From the NCBI RefSeq assembly GCF_964213995.1, contig NC_135811.1, forward strand, positions 51,832,001-51,896,000: DNA of 64,000 bases, in the 5' to 3' direction. Of the stretch, positions 12,726 to 23,959 are shown in pieces (the stretch's first letter is position 1; each line of letters starts with the position of its first letter). Below the pieces are notes generated by a model, which saw only the letters and a list, made by a program, of their open reading frames with translations, had not been told where the DNA came from and searched no databases. The translations under genes were made by a program, and so were the position numbers. This DNA comes from Mustelus asterias (lineage: Eukaryota).

Positions 12726-14167
12726 TTAATTAAGAAAGTAAAGTAAAAGAGTGATTGAATTATTAATACAACACAATTTTGTTATTGCCAATCGTTAAGG
12801 GGTACAAGCATCATTTTTGTAAAATGTCAGGTTGTGGCAGACAGCTCGTTGGTGTCAATCATTTCAAAAGTCTTTGATGAATAAATTGAAGAATCTGAGT
12901 CAGTTAATGGATGTCTTTTAACAAAATTCATCAAGTTCAGCTTATTTAAAATGTTATCGAGTCTCTCAGTGTCAAACCGTGAGATCAGTACGCGAGAAAT
13001 GGGGACAAAATGCAATTTGCACCAACTAAAACCCTGCCATTTAAATCATTATTTTCATCAGTTCTGTAGAAGGGCCATTTAGACGGGAAACTCTGGGCGC
13101 GATCTTACCGGCCGTTCACCCCACGTCCACCCCATGTCCAGCCAGCCAAATCTCCATTCACTGCAGCGGGATGGGAAAATCCCACCGGGGTGAACAGTGG
13201 GAGGATTCCGGCCTCTCTTTCTTTCTACAGATGCTGCCAGACCTGCTGAACTAATCCAGCATTTTCTGTTTTTATTTTATATTATGTGATTTTATTTGAT
13301 ATTATTTTGAGTTACTGTGTGTAGCAAATAGTTCAAAGGAAATAGCCAGAATAGGGGATGAAGCTGAATACTATTACATTTGAGGGATGCTTGGATTTTT
13401 CCTGGATGACTTTGTATCAAATATTATGTTGTCCTGCTCATGACCTGACATTGTTTGTTGATAGTCCATTTCCTGACTTAAATGAACACAGGAATCTGTT
13501 TTCTCCGCAAGAAGCTGGTGGGAATCCAGAGGACACTGCATTCTGTCCAAATTTAATGTCATGTTGCTTCGGAGGAAATGTCAAAAATTCGAAATCACCT
13601 TTAAGAAATTGCAAGCTGATTTTTTTTTGTTGCGGATTTATGAATTGGTTTCTGCTCACTTACGGGTGGTTAGTTTACCAAAGGGAATGAAAAGATATAA
13701 AATCTCAGAACTGATAGACATATTTATCCAGAGCTTCTGCACTTCAATTTCAAGGAACCATTAGGAGTATTCTCTAGAATAATTTAAAATAAGTTTAATA
13801 GACGTTGCCATATTACACTTGGATCATATTTGCTATTTGAAACCAAAAAAGAACAACTTGCATTTATATTAAATCTTTAACGCAGCAAAGTTGCCCCAAG
13901 GCTTTTCACAGGAGCATTATCAAACGGAATTTGACACAAAGCCACATGAGATGCTAGCACAGAAGACCAACAGCTTCAGTTTTAAGGACTGTCTTAATAG
14001 AGGAGAGCAAATTAGAGAGACAGAGAGGTTTAGAGAACTAATTCCGTAAGTTAGGACATAGGGTGGCACAGTGGGGGCAGCACAGTGGCAAGCACTGCTG
14101 CCTCACAGCGCCAGGGATCCGAGTTCAATTCCGGCCTCGGGTGACTATCTGGGAGGAGCCTGCACGT

Positions 14168-15156
14168 TTTGATTTGATTTGATTTATTATTGTCACATGT
14201 ATTAGCATACAGTGTTGTTTCTTGCGTGCTATACAGACAAAATGTATCATTCATAGAGAAGGAAACGAGAGAGTGCAGAATGTAGTGTTATAGTCATAGC
14301 TAGGGTGTAGAGAAAGATCAACTTAATGCAAGGTAGATCCATTCAAAAGTCTGATGGCAGCAGGGAAGAAGCTGTTCTTGAATCGGTTGGTAGGTGACCT
14401 CAGACTTTTGTATCTTTTTTCCGAAGGAAGAAGAGAGAATATCTGGGGTGCGTGGAGTCCTTAATTATGCTGGCTGCTTTGCCGAGGCAGCGGGAAGTGT
14501 AGACATTGTCAATGGACGGGAGGCTGGTTTGTGTGATGGATTGGGCTACCTTGAATTATAAGGAGAGGCTGGATAGGCTGGGACTTTTTTCTCTGGAGCG
14601 TGGGAGGCTGAGGGGTGATCTTATAGAGGTCTATAAAATAATGAGGGGCACAGATCAGCTAGATAGTCAATATCTTTTCCCAAAGGTAGGGGAGTCTAAA
14701 ACGAGAGGGCATCGGCTTAAGGTGAGAGGGGAGAGATACAAAAGTGTCCAGAGGGGCAATTTTTTCACACAAAGGGTGTTGAGTGTCTGGAACAAATTTC
14801 CAGAGGTAGTAGTAGAGGCGGGTACAATTTTGTCTTTTAAAAAGCATTTAGATAGTTACATGGGTAAGATGGGTATAGAGGGATATGGGCCAAATGCGGG
14901 CAATTGGGATTAGCTTACGGGTTTTTAAAAAAAAAGTGCGGCATGGACAAGTTGGGCCGAAGGGCCTGTTTCCATGCTGTAAACCTCTATGACTCTATTC
15001 ACGACCTTTCGTAGTTCCTTGCAGTCTTGGGCAGAGCAGGAGCCATACCAAGCTGTGATACAACCAGAAAGAATGCTTTCTATGGTGCATCTGTAAAAGT
15101 CGGTGAGAGTCGTAGCTGACATGCCAAATTTCCTTAGTCTACTGAGAAAGCAGAGG
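14168..15156 (-). mobile_element. Rex/Babar-like LINE 3' fragment
   Basis: FLSRLRKFGMSATTLTDFYRCTIESILSGCITAWYGSCSAQDCKELRKVV (Rex1-type RT C-terminus) plus an (aaatc)n tail. Confidence 0.8.
14551..14998 (+). mobile_element. Young CR1 (HER1-like) 3' fragment nested in the Rex-like element
   Basis: LNYKERLDRLGLFSLERGRLRGDLIEVYKIMRG...FFTQRVLSVWNKFP, with 3'UTR ggccgaagggcctgtttccatgctgta..ctatgactctat. Confidence 0.9.
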
Positions 15157-16113
15157 CATTCTCCCCCTGTCTGCGTGGGATTCTCCGGGTGCTCCGGTTT
15201 CCTCCCACGCTCCGGTTTCCTCCCACACTCCAAAGATGTGCGGGTTAGGTTGATTGGCCATGATCAATTAACCCTTAGTGTCAGGGGGACTAGCTAGGGT
15301 AAATACATGGGGTTAGAGGGATAGAGCCTGGGTGGAATTTGGTTATTGGTACAGGCTCGATGGGCCAAATGGCCACTTTCTGCACTGTAGGGATTCTATG
15401 ATAAGCAGCTGAATGCACAGCAACCCACAATTGGGGATGCTCAAGAGACCAGAATTGAAGAAATGCAGAAAGCTTATAGGATTGTCAGCTTGGAGGAAGC
15501 GCATGGTGAGGCCATGGAAGGATCTAAAAGCAAGATCAGAATTTTAACATGAAGATATTGGCAGACGGGGGTCAGTGCAGGTCAGGAAACACAGGAATGA
15601 CAGGTGCACAGGATTTAGAGTGAGCCAGAATACAGAAAACAGAGTTTTCAATAACTTCAAGGCCAAGATTTTCCATCCCTTCCCATCGGCGGGATCTTTT
15701 GGTCCTACCGGTGGGTTCTCTGATGGCGCAGCTGGTGACCAACGCAAATGGTGTTGACTTGGATGGTTCCGGAAGTTCCCACCAGCGGCCAATGATGAGC
15801 CAGCTCCAGTGCTGGAAAACCCGCTGTGGAGTGGCCCTGGTTTCTGTAGGGTGGTAGGAGTGAGGCCAGCCAGGAGAACACTGGAATAATTAAGTTTCGA
15901 GGCACTAAAGACAAGGATAAGAGTTTCATCAGCAGATGGGTGAACGGAGGGGCAGAGTTGGGGGATATTGCAGAGGTGGAAGTAGGTGGTCTTGGCGATT
16001 GGATGGATGAAGTCCATCTCAGTCAAAAACAACACCGAGATGCTTAATGGTTTTGATTATCCCCTGACAATTTCCAGAGAAAGGCAGGGAGTTAGTGCAT
16101 AGGGGATGCATTG

Positions 16114-16423
16114 GGCGGCACAGTGCACTGCTGCCTCACAGCGCCAGGGATCCAGGTTCGATCCTGGCTTGGGTCACTGTCTTCGTGGAGTTTGCACGTT
16201 CTCCCTGTGTCTGCGAAGGATCCCTCCGGGTGCTCCGGTTTCCTCCCACAGTCCAAAGATGTGCGGGTTAGGTGGATTGGCCGTGCTAAATTGCCCCTTA
16301 GTGTCAGGGGGACCAGCTAGGGTAAATGCATTGGGTTATGGGGATAGGGCCTGGGTGGGATTGTGGTCAGTGCAGACTCGATGGACCGAATGGCCTCCTT
16401 CTGCACTGTCGGGATTCTATGAA
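16114..16423 (+). mobile_element. SINE type A
   Basis: Head, core and CR1-type tail. Confidence 0.85.
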
Positions 16424-16896
16424 TGAAATTTGTGGTGGGGACAGAATTCACTTAGCTGTGGAAATTTCTGCTCATCTGTCCTGGATACTGGTTAAGCAGT
16501 GTGAGAAATGGCTGACAGTGAAGAGGTTGGAAGAGCTGATGGTGAGGTAGAGCTGGGTGCTGTCAGCAGACGTGTGGAACCTGCCATTGAATTTTTGGAT
16601 GGTGTCTCTAAGTGGCGCCATGCAGATGAAAAACCGAAGAGTGCCAAGGGTACGTCCTTGGGAAACCTGGGGGAGGTCGGGGGGTAATGTTGCGTGAGTG
16701 GGACAAGTCATTGTGGTGGCAGTCTGACTGCAACTGAATCGATAAAAATGGATCCAGGTGGGGGCAATGCCACCAGGAGAGGGGGAGGAGGGGCATTAGT
16801 GGAGGATAACATCATTAACTGTGCTGAATGCTGCAGAAGAGAAGGAATAGTTTCTCATGGTCACAGTTACAAAGAATGTCATTTGTGACTTTGGTA

Positions 16897-17202
16897 AGTT
16901 TAAGTTTAGTTTATTTATTAGCATCACAAGTAGCTTGCATTAACACTGCAATGAAGTTGCTGTGAAAATCCCCCAGACACCACACTCCGGCGCCTGTTCG
17001 GGTACACTGAGGGAGAATTTAGCATGGCTAATGCACCTAACCAGCACGTCTTTCAGACTGTGGGAGGAAACCGAAGTACCTGGAGGAAACCCACACAGAC
17101 ACGGGGAGAACGTGCAGACTCCACGCAGACATTGACCCAAGCTGGGAATCGAACCCGGGTGCCTGGCGCTGTGAGGCAGCAGTGATAGCCACCGTGCCGC
17201 CC
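16897..17202 (-). mobile_element. SINE type B
   Basis: Reverse complement of a full type B copy. Confidence 0.85.
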
Positions 17203-19143
17203 ACAGAACTGTTCTGATACATGAACAGGGGGAAAAACCTGATTGGATGGATTCAAACATGGAAGTTTCAGAAAAGATAGGACTTAGGTGGTGACAACAC
17301 ATTCAAGCGCTTTGGAGAAGAAAAGGAGCTTGGAGCAAAGACGAGGGTCAACTGTGGGTTTTTTGAAAATATCTCTCTTCCTTGACTAGCATCATGGGCC
17401 AGAGTTTTATGCCCCCCGTGACTGGGGGAGGGAAAGTGGAAGGGCATGAAATTGTCTGCATAGGATTCCGTTTGGATTCCTGTCCCCCTGACCTCACAGC
17501 GATTCATCGCTAGGCCAGGCAGCGTCTTGGATGGGAAGGCTGCTCTTGCCCCAGTTGAGACCCTTAGATAGTCACTTAATGGCCTCTCAAGGACCATTTC
17601 CCACCCGGTCCCAATTTCGAGGCTGGTGGACGGATAAGAGCTCCGGGTTTGAAACCTGGGAATGAAGGCGGGAAGGAGGGCGGGCTGGAGGGAGTGTTGG
17701 TACCTCCATCAGAAGCCCCTGCTGGGTCTCCGCCATCCTAAAAATTCAGGCAATGGGATCTTTCACATCCACCTGAGAGGGTAGATAGAGTATCACTTTA
17801 ATGTCCCTGGGCTTCTCTTGCACTATCGGCTAACGTGTGCACCCTGTATGATACATACACCACCCAGTATTGTCCTCAAGTGACAGAATCCTTTGTATAA
17901 TCCAGAACACAATCTTTTGCATTAAAAGGATCTACTAACTGACTAAGGTTGTCCAGTGGTTTATCCCCCTTGAATGTCAACAGTGTGTGTGTGTGTGGGG
18001 GGGGCTTCAAAATACTCTCCCAAAGATTCAAACTATGTATAAAGACTGATCAGTCTCTTGTCAAGAAAGCTTTTAAATGTAATTAGCTATTGATTATCAT
18101 GGGAGATTTGTGCATTGTCATGACTGCGGAATATGAGTAAAATATGCTGATTAATTAACCGGGGAAATAACTCCAAAATTCTGCCCCCAGGTAAGGCAGT
18201 GACTAGTTCTCTCCGTGCTTTTCAGCTAGAACCGTGCAGTAAAGTGGGTTAAAGGTCAATTCTCAGACCATGTGGTTCACCTTTTTTTAGCCACCAGATG
18301 TCTATCCAGAGTGCATATCGTCAAAATGTTTCTGCTCATACCAGGACCACCACATGTTGCTATTTTTAGTGCTGCGTGCCTGTTAGTAAATGAATGTGGG
18401 GCTTCTACATTCTCCTGTGCGTCTGTCAGACTCTAAATTCAGGTAATTCACTTTTGGCAGTGTTAAATGTTGACTTTTACATGTTGGCAGTCAGTTCAGA
18501 AAAGGCATCTCCCCGAACTGAGTTAAACATAAATAAGCAAGAGTCTAAACACTTGTTCTGTCTAATTCTTTGAAACTAGATGCAATCTTAAAGGGGAACG
18601 CTTGATGATATCTGCTGTGAAGTGTTTCCCGGTGGAATACTGGGTGGGATTTCCCTCTGTCAGCTTTTACAGAATTGTCACTTCTGGCCCCTCCCATCAG
18701 GATTAGCTGTGCCAGTTGCAGACGAGAATTTGGTTTGAGGTAGCTCGGATCATGAGATTTGGAAATCCAAAAAACTCTTCCTCTCCTTCCCCTTGCCTCA
18801 GATAATCGGCCATTAAAATCTGTTACAAGAAATATTTGCCAAAGCAAAATGAAGGAGCGAGACGCATAAAGGGGAATGTGTCTTGTCCAGGCTTGTTGCC
18901 AGCAAGATCCTAAGTTAAAATTTCTGACTGAATGCATGTCAAGAAACTACAGAGCGTCAACGTTTTGGTGTTGGATTTCTGGGGCCAGAATATGGTCGAC
19001 TTGTGTAACAAAGCCTAGGCTTCAGTTGATGAAGCAGCTGACAACAGATCGATCTCCATGCCCTCCCGTCCTAAAATAATGCTACAGAGTTGCCGTTTCA
19101 TCACAACTAAGAACTTTCCATTTTTCCATGTGACAAAATCTAG

Positions 19144-19240
19144 ATATGAAGCCGAGTCTGCCTTCTTTTCAAACCTGAAGCTGTGTGACTTCAACATCAT
19201 CGATACGCTAGGAGTTGGAGGATTTGGAAGAGTTGAACTG
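19144..19240 (+). CDS. PRKG1: PRKG1 internal coding exon (97 nt): switch-helix end and Gly-rich loop
   Basis: Flanked by tctag| and |gtaggt. Translates to [32 protein letters not shown], closely matching vertebrate PKG1 ([32 protein letters not shown]). Ends in phase 0, compatible with the next exon. Confidence 0.96.
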
Positions 19241-20588
19241 GTAGGTGCAATTTTTTTTTGTAAGCAACTCATCTAAAGCTGCCTCATATTCTTAACACTA
19301 AAAGAATGGGTGTGAATTTATTTGGCACCCTTTATGACCTCAAACCATCTCAAAGAACCTTATCACCAAAGGTCTACAATTGAAGTGTGCTCACTGTTAT
19401 AATGAAAAAAATGAGAGATAATTTAGTTTTCAGTTGTTGCCTGAAGTCAGAATTTTCAGTCCAAGGTTTACAGTCACAATACTGAGGGGAAGTTTTCCTT
19501 TGTGTTAAAGAGACCAAAAATGCATTGTCCGTGAATAATAATGTGTTAATGCTAGTTTTTCAAACATTCAATTTTACCCCTTACTTGAAATGACTTGTTA
19601 ATAGTTTTTAAACACATTGAAGATGTGAAGATTAAAGTTTTTTCCTTACTTCACAAGTGTTCTTAATGAGGTATTTTTGGGAAATATGCCAATATACTGA
19701 GGGTTTACCAAGGTGGAAAGTTTCCTCTTTGTTGGGAAAATGTAAACCTTTGAGTAAACACAGAAGCATGAGTTAGCCATCAAATTTTTTATTAGTGACA
19801 TTGGGAAGAGGAGCAGAAACTACAGAGGAGGTTATCCCAGAGGGGTCAAGGGCATAGAAAACCTTCCAACACCCAGTGCAGTAAAAGATAGCAGCCATTT
19901 GGACCTCAGCAAGGAGCTGCATGGGAAGCAAGTGCTCATCAGAGACAAGATCAATTACTTATGCCATTCCCGAAAATTAAAACAACAACCAAAAAGTGAC
20001 ATGCACACCTAATTGGTCTACTGGACCATTCCAGACAATTGGCAGGAGACTTTTCAAAGGTCAGCTAAGATGCAGTTCATTGATCACAAGTAATAGCTTT
20101 AATCACCTTTCTGCATATCATCTAGCACCCTATTTTCTGAAATATGCTTCATTTCCAGGGTAGATTGATTGTGCTGAGATTACCCATTTACGTATCTTCA
20201 GACAATTTCCTCCCTTCTTTTAAAAAGAGCTCCTGTGCTCCATGGTCCATATTTAATCTCTCAATGCAAACAGTTCCGTTGTTAGAGTCCCGGACCAGAA
20301 CCCCAAGTTACATTAGAAGTCCAACAATTTTTGTATTTTGGTAAAAATGCGAGGATAGGATGTTTCACTCCAGGAATGATTCCATTGACAAATAACCAAT
20401 CCTTTACAGTAAAACAAACATTATTGAATAACACAGTTTAAGTATAACTCTAACAAATGAAGTAAAATAACTGTTAACAGTTGAACAATATTTAAACATG
20501 AAAATAAACAACTCTAATTTCTAACTTATCACTGTTTCAGTTCCACATGAGCAACGTTCTTCTTCCAGACTCAAAACCACTTTAAATA

Positions 20589-20745
20589 CAGTAAGAAGTT
20601 TCACAACACCAGGTTAAAGTCCCAACAGGCTTATTTGGAATCACGAGCTTTTGGAGTGCTGCTCCTTCATCAGGTGACTCACCTGGTGTTGTGAGATTTC
20701 TAACTGTGCCCACCCTAGTCAACACTGGCATCTCCACATCATGGT
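20589..20745. mobile_element. Miniature inverted Penelope-like terminal fragment with a mutated hammerhead motif
   Basis: Homologous to the ends of 37381-39216. The minus strand reads cacCTGATGAAggagcagcactccAAAAgctcgtg. Confidence 0.75.
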
Positions 20746-21727
20746 GACCATCGACACTTCAAATACAGTCAGCAACCATAAATATACTTATTATAATGAG
20801 TGTAAACAGCTTTGAAGCTTTCAGATACATTTTATGGAGGCCGCAGCTTGTAGACCTCCATCTTTAAACAAGTCCCAACCAGAACTAAAAGCAGTTTTAT
20901 TTTGCTACAAACCTGGCTCCTTCCATTAACCGCATTATCACATGACCCTGAATACCCAAACCCGCATTCCATTCCTGTAACCAAAAATCCCAGGGGAGCT
21001 TATATTTTGTAAACAAGAATCCATTAGCTCTATCTTAGTAAACACTACATGCCTAAAATGAGGAATTATTCTTATTTCCCAGCACCTGAGCTGCATCCTA
21101 CCAGACATGCTGACTACCTGGAGAAAAAAATGAACATTAAAACAGTCCCCTTCGACATAAATATTTATTTATATATAATAGGACATTATCATCACATTGT
21201 GACATACTGCTCTTCTTCCAGAGAAGTATTGACCATACATATAACTTGCTGCAATTATACATTCCCTGAGGTTGCAAGTAACAAAGCTAAGTCCTTGGAA
21301 ACATGGGTTGCCTGCTCCAAATGTATCTTCCAGTGTGACCCTGAGTCAGTTGGCCGACTGATGAAGTATCTTCTATACCTCAGTGTTAGTAAAGAAGGAG
21401 GCACATGGATGTTTGTCCTTTGTCTAACACCATCCCTCCCTGATAGGGTCTTCAACACTGTACCTTCATCACCTATTACTGGTGACCCACTCTGTGTTCC
21501 CTGTAACTCATGACGACCTTCGGAAGTAAACATGTTGAGCAGCAAGAGGTGAATGCTTAACTCTCGCAAACCTGCAAACTGTCTGTGATAAAAGAAGATG
21601 TCACATGATGAGCACACGGCCGGGCAGTTTTATTCATAGTGTTGCGACATTCCATTACAAAAGACCCTCTCTGGTGCATTGAATGTCACATTCATTGCCC
21701 TAGTGACAGGATGCAATTTTTATTGAA

Positions 21728-22150
21728 AAACAACTTGTGTATATCTAATCCTCAGAGTGTCCCACAGTGCTTCATGACACTGAGATGCTTTGGAAATGTA
21801 ATCATTGCTGCAACGTTGGGAAATATGGCAGTTATTTATTCAAGATCCACACACTGCAATAATTCTATAGGCCAGTTTAGTTATGTTGATCGCAGGAGAA
21901 ACGTTAGCTAGGGCAATGGGAATACTATTGTGTTCTTTTTTGAAGAATATAATGGATTCTTTTACATCACCCTGAGGACTTAAGGGGCCACAATTAATGT
22001 CTCAAATGAAAGATGGCTCCTCTGCTAGCATGCCATTCAGTCAGTGCTGCATTGATGTGCCAACCTAGATTATGTACTCAGGCCTCTAGTATGGGACTTG
22101 ACCCTGTAACCTCCTTACTGAGAGCTAAGTGTGCCACCACTGAACAAAGG
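21728..22150 (-). mobile_element. Old Deu-domain-like SINE remnant
   Basis: Collinear similarity to the pieces at 4978-5960 (caacctagattatgtactcaggcctctagtatgggacttga...). Confidence 0.5.
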
Positions 22151-23417
22151 CTGGCATGTAACCAGGACGGTTAGAGCGGTTTTTAATTAATAGTGCTCTC
22201 CCCGCAGAGATTCCCGTGAAAGAGACAAATATTGGGAAAACAAATTGAGTCAAACAATGAATTATTTTGAGACCTTTGGTCAAATTGGAATAGCTATTCC
22301 TCAAAGACTTTCGTGTGTGGTTGGGCAACACATATTCATTATCTGGATGATCTCATGCTAAGTGCTGTGTTTATTCTCTTTCTGTGGCAAAAAAAAGCAT
22401 CATACCATCCCTTCACACAATCCACAGAAATCTTCTTAGCCTCATCAATGAAGAGTCTCATCCTTTGCTCCATGTGGGTTTAAATTTCCCCATGCTGTAT
22501 TTGGATCGACCACATTCTAGAAGCCTCTTTGGATGGCTAGCAGCCCATTCAACTGTATTATTAGTCATGATTTCAGATTAATCTCTTAATCAGTATTAGT
22601 TACGGTGCAACCAATGTGAACCAGTGAATGCAATACATGATCCTCCAATTGTGGTGGGAAATGGGTACTTCATGCGCAGTGCAGCAAATGTAAATTTAAC
22701 ATCTTTTGATATCCTCTCAGCAAGAAGACCTACGCAAAATGGATGGGAGAATATGTCTGCAATTTGCCAACACTTGTGCCCAGGCTCCGCACTGGCAGTA
22801 TGCATTCAAAAAGATGACCCCAATGCCCTCAATGAACATCTCAGTGTTGTAATCAGCCTCCAACATATATCAGCATGACATTATGAGGAGGGAAATCTTA
22901 GTTTCACCTTTGCTTTGAGCAGAGCACACATGCACAATTCGAATGTCTCCAAGCCATGCAGTTATATAAGACCGTTCTCATGTGCCCAGTCTAAATATAT
23001 AAATCCACAATGTGTTTCTCCAACCCTTTAATAGTGACTGGTGCCTTGTGTCTTATGTAACAATTTTATATCATTATAATAACACAACATGGTGATTAGT
23101 GATAGTAATATAAATGACATGGTAAGCAACCTTCGATCTTGGTATATGACATGAACCAACCCTCGATGTTCTGGTCAGACGCAGTGGAATCACAGTGTCA
23201 GAGAGTGTTAACAATGCAGTTTCATGACTGCAAAGACACAACACTGAGCTAGTGCTGAAGTAAAGAGCTGGGAAGCAGGCAAATTCTTTGTGGTGAGATT
23301 GCAGTGCACAGCCTGTCGGTTCTGTAAGTAGGACAGTGCGTTGAGAGGATCAGTGCCGCGTGAGCTTGGTCAGGAAAGGTGAGTGACCAGGGTGTGGAAT
23401 GGATCGACAACAAGTGG

Positions 23418-23725
23418 TACGGTGGGCACAGTGGTTAGCACTGCTGCCTCACAGCGCCAGGGACCTGTGTTCAATTCCAGCCTCGGGTCACTGTCTGTGT
23501 GGGGTTGGCACGTTGGTCTGTGTGGGTTTCCTCCGGGTGCTCCTGTTTCCTCCCACAGTCCAAAGATGTGCGAGTTAGGTTCATTGGCCATGTTGCATTG
23601 CCACTTAGTGTCAGGGGACAAGCAGGGTAAATATGTGGGGCTGCGGGGATGGAGCCTGGGTGGGATTGTGGTCGGTGCAGGCTCGATGGGCCGAATGGCC
23701 TGCTTCTGCACTGTCGGGATCATAT
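23418..23725 (+). mobile_element. SINE type A
   Basis: Head, core and tail. Confidence 0.85.
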
Positions 23726-23959
23726 AAGAAGCAAAGGGAGCGTCAAATAACAAAAACAAACAAATCCATTGTAAAACATTGCAATTATAACAGGTGGCTT
23801 TGGGACTTGCTGAGCAATAAGTTGAATAAAAGGCAAAGATGCAATTACTCAGAGGTGCATTCCCACCGCAACTCATCGTCGCGGGTGGAGTTTAAGAACA
23901 GTGCCTGAAAGCAGCTACAGCAACACTCATCACATGTGCTACAGAAAAAGGAAGATCAA

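Larger units (their letters stand above)
14075..15402 (+). mobile_element. SINE type A split by a Rex-like insertion (head 14075-14167, remainder 15157-15402)
   Basis: The head ends ...gagcctgcacg and resumes ...ttctccccctgtctgcgtggg. Confidence 0.8.
13853..17350 (-). mobile_element. Decayed L2-like LINE broken up by younger insertions
   Basis: ORF 15544-16035 contains AKTTYFHLCNIPQLCPS..ETLILVFSASKLNYSSVLLAGL (L2 RT C-terminal signature). An L2-type tail (aacaacttgcatttata) lies at about 13853. Confidence 0.7.

Noticed and set aside
1-19143. An additional upstream PRKG1 exon (SFKHLIGGLDDVSNK-like)
   Set aside because: Not found by reading, so it is probably upstream of the window. A short divergent exon could have been missed without alignment.
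19058-19276. Standalone small kinase ORFs (also 48622-48888 and 60879-61064)
   Set aside because: Only the exon-bounded parts match PKG1; the rest is intron read-through.
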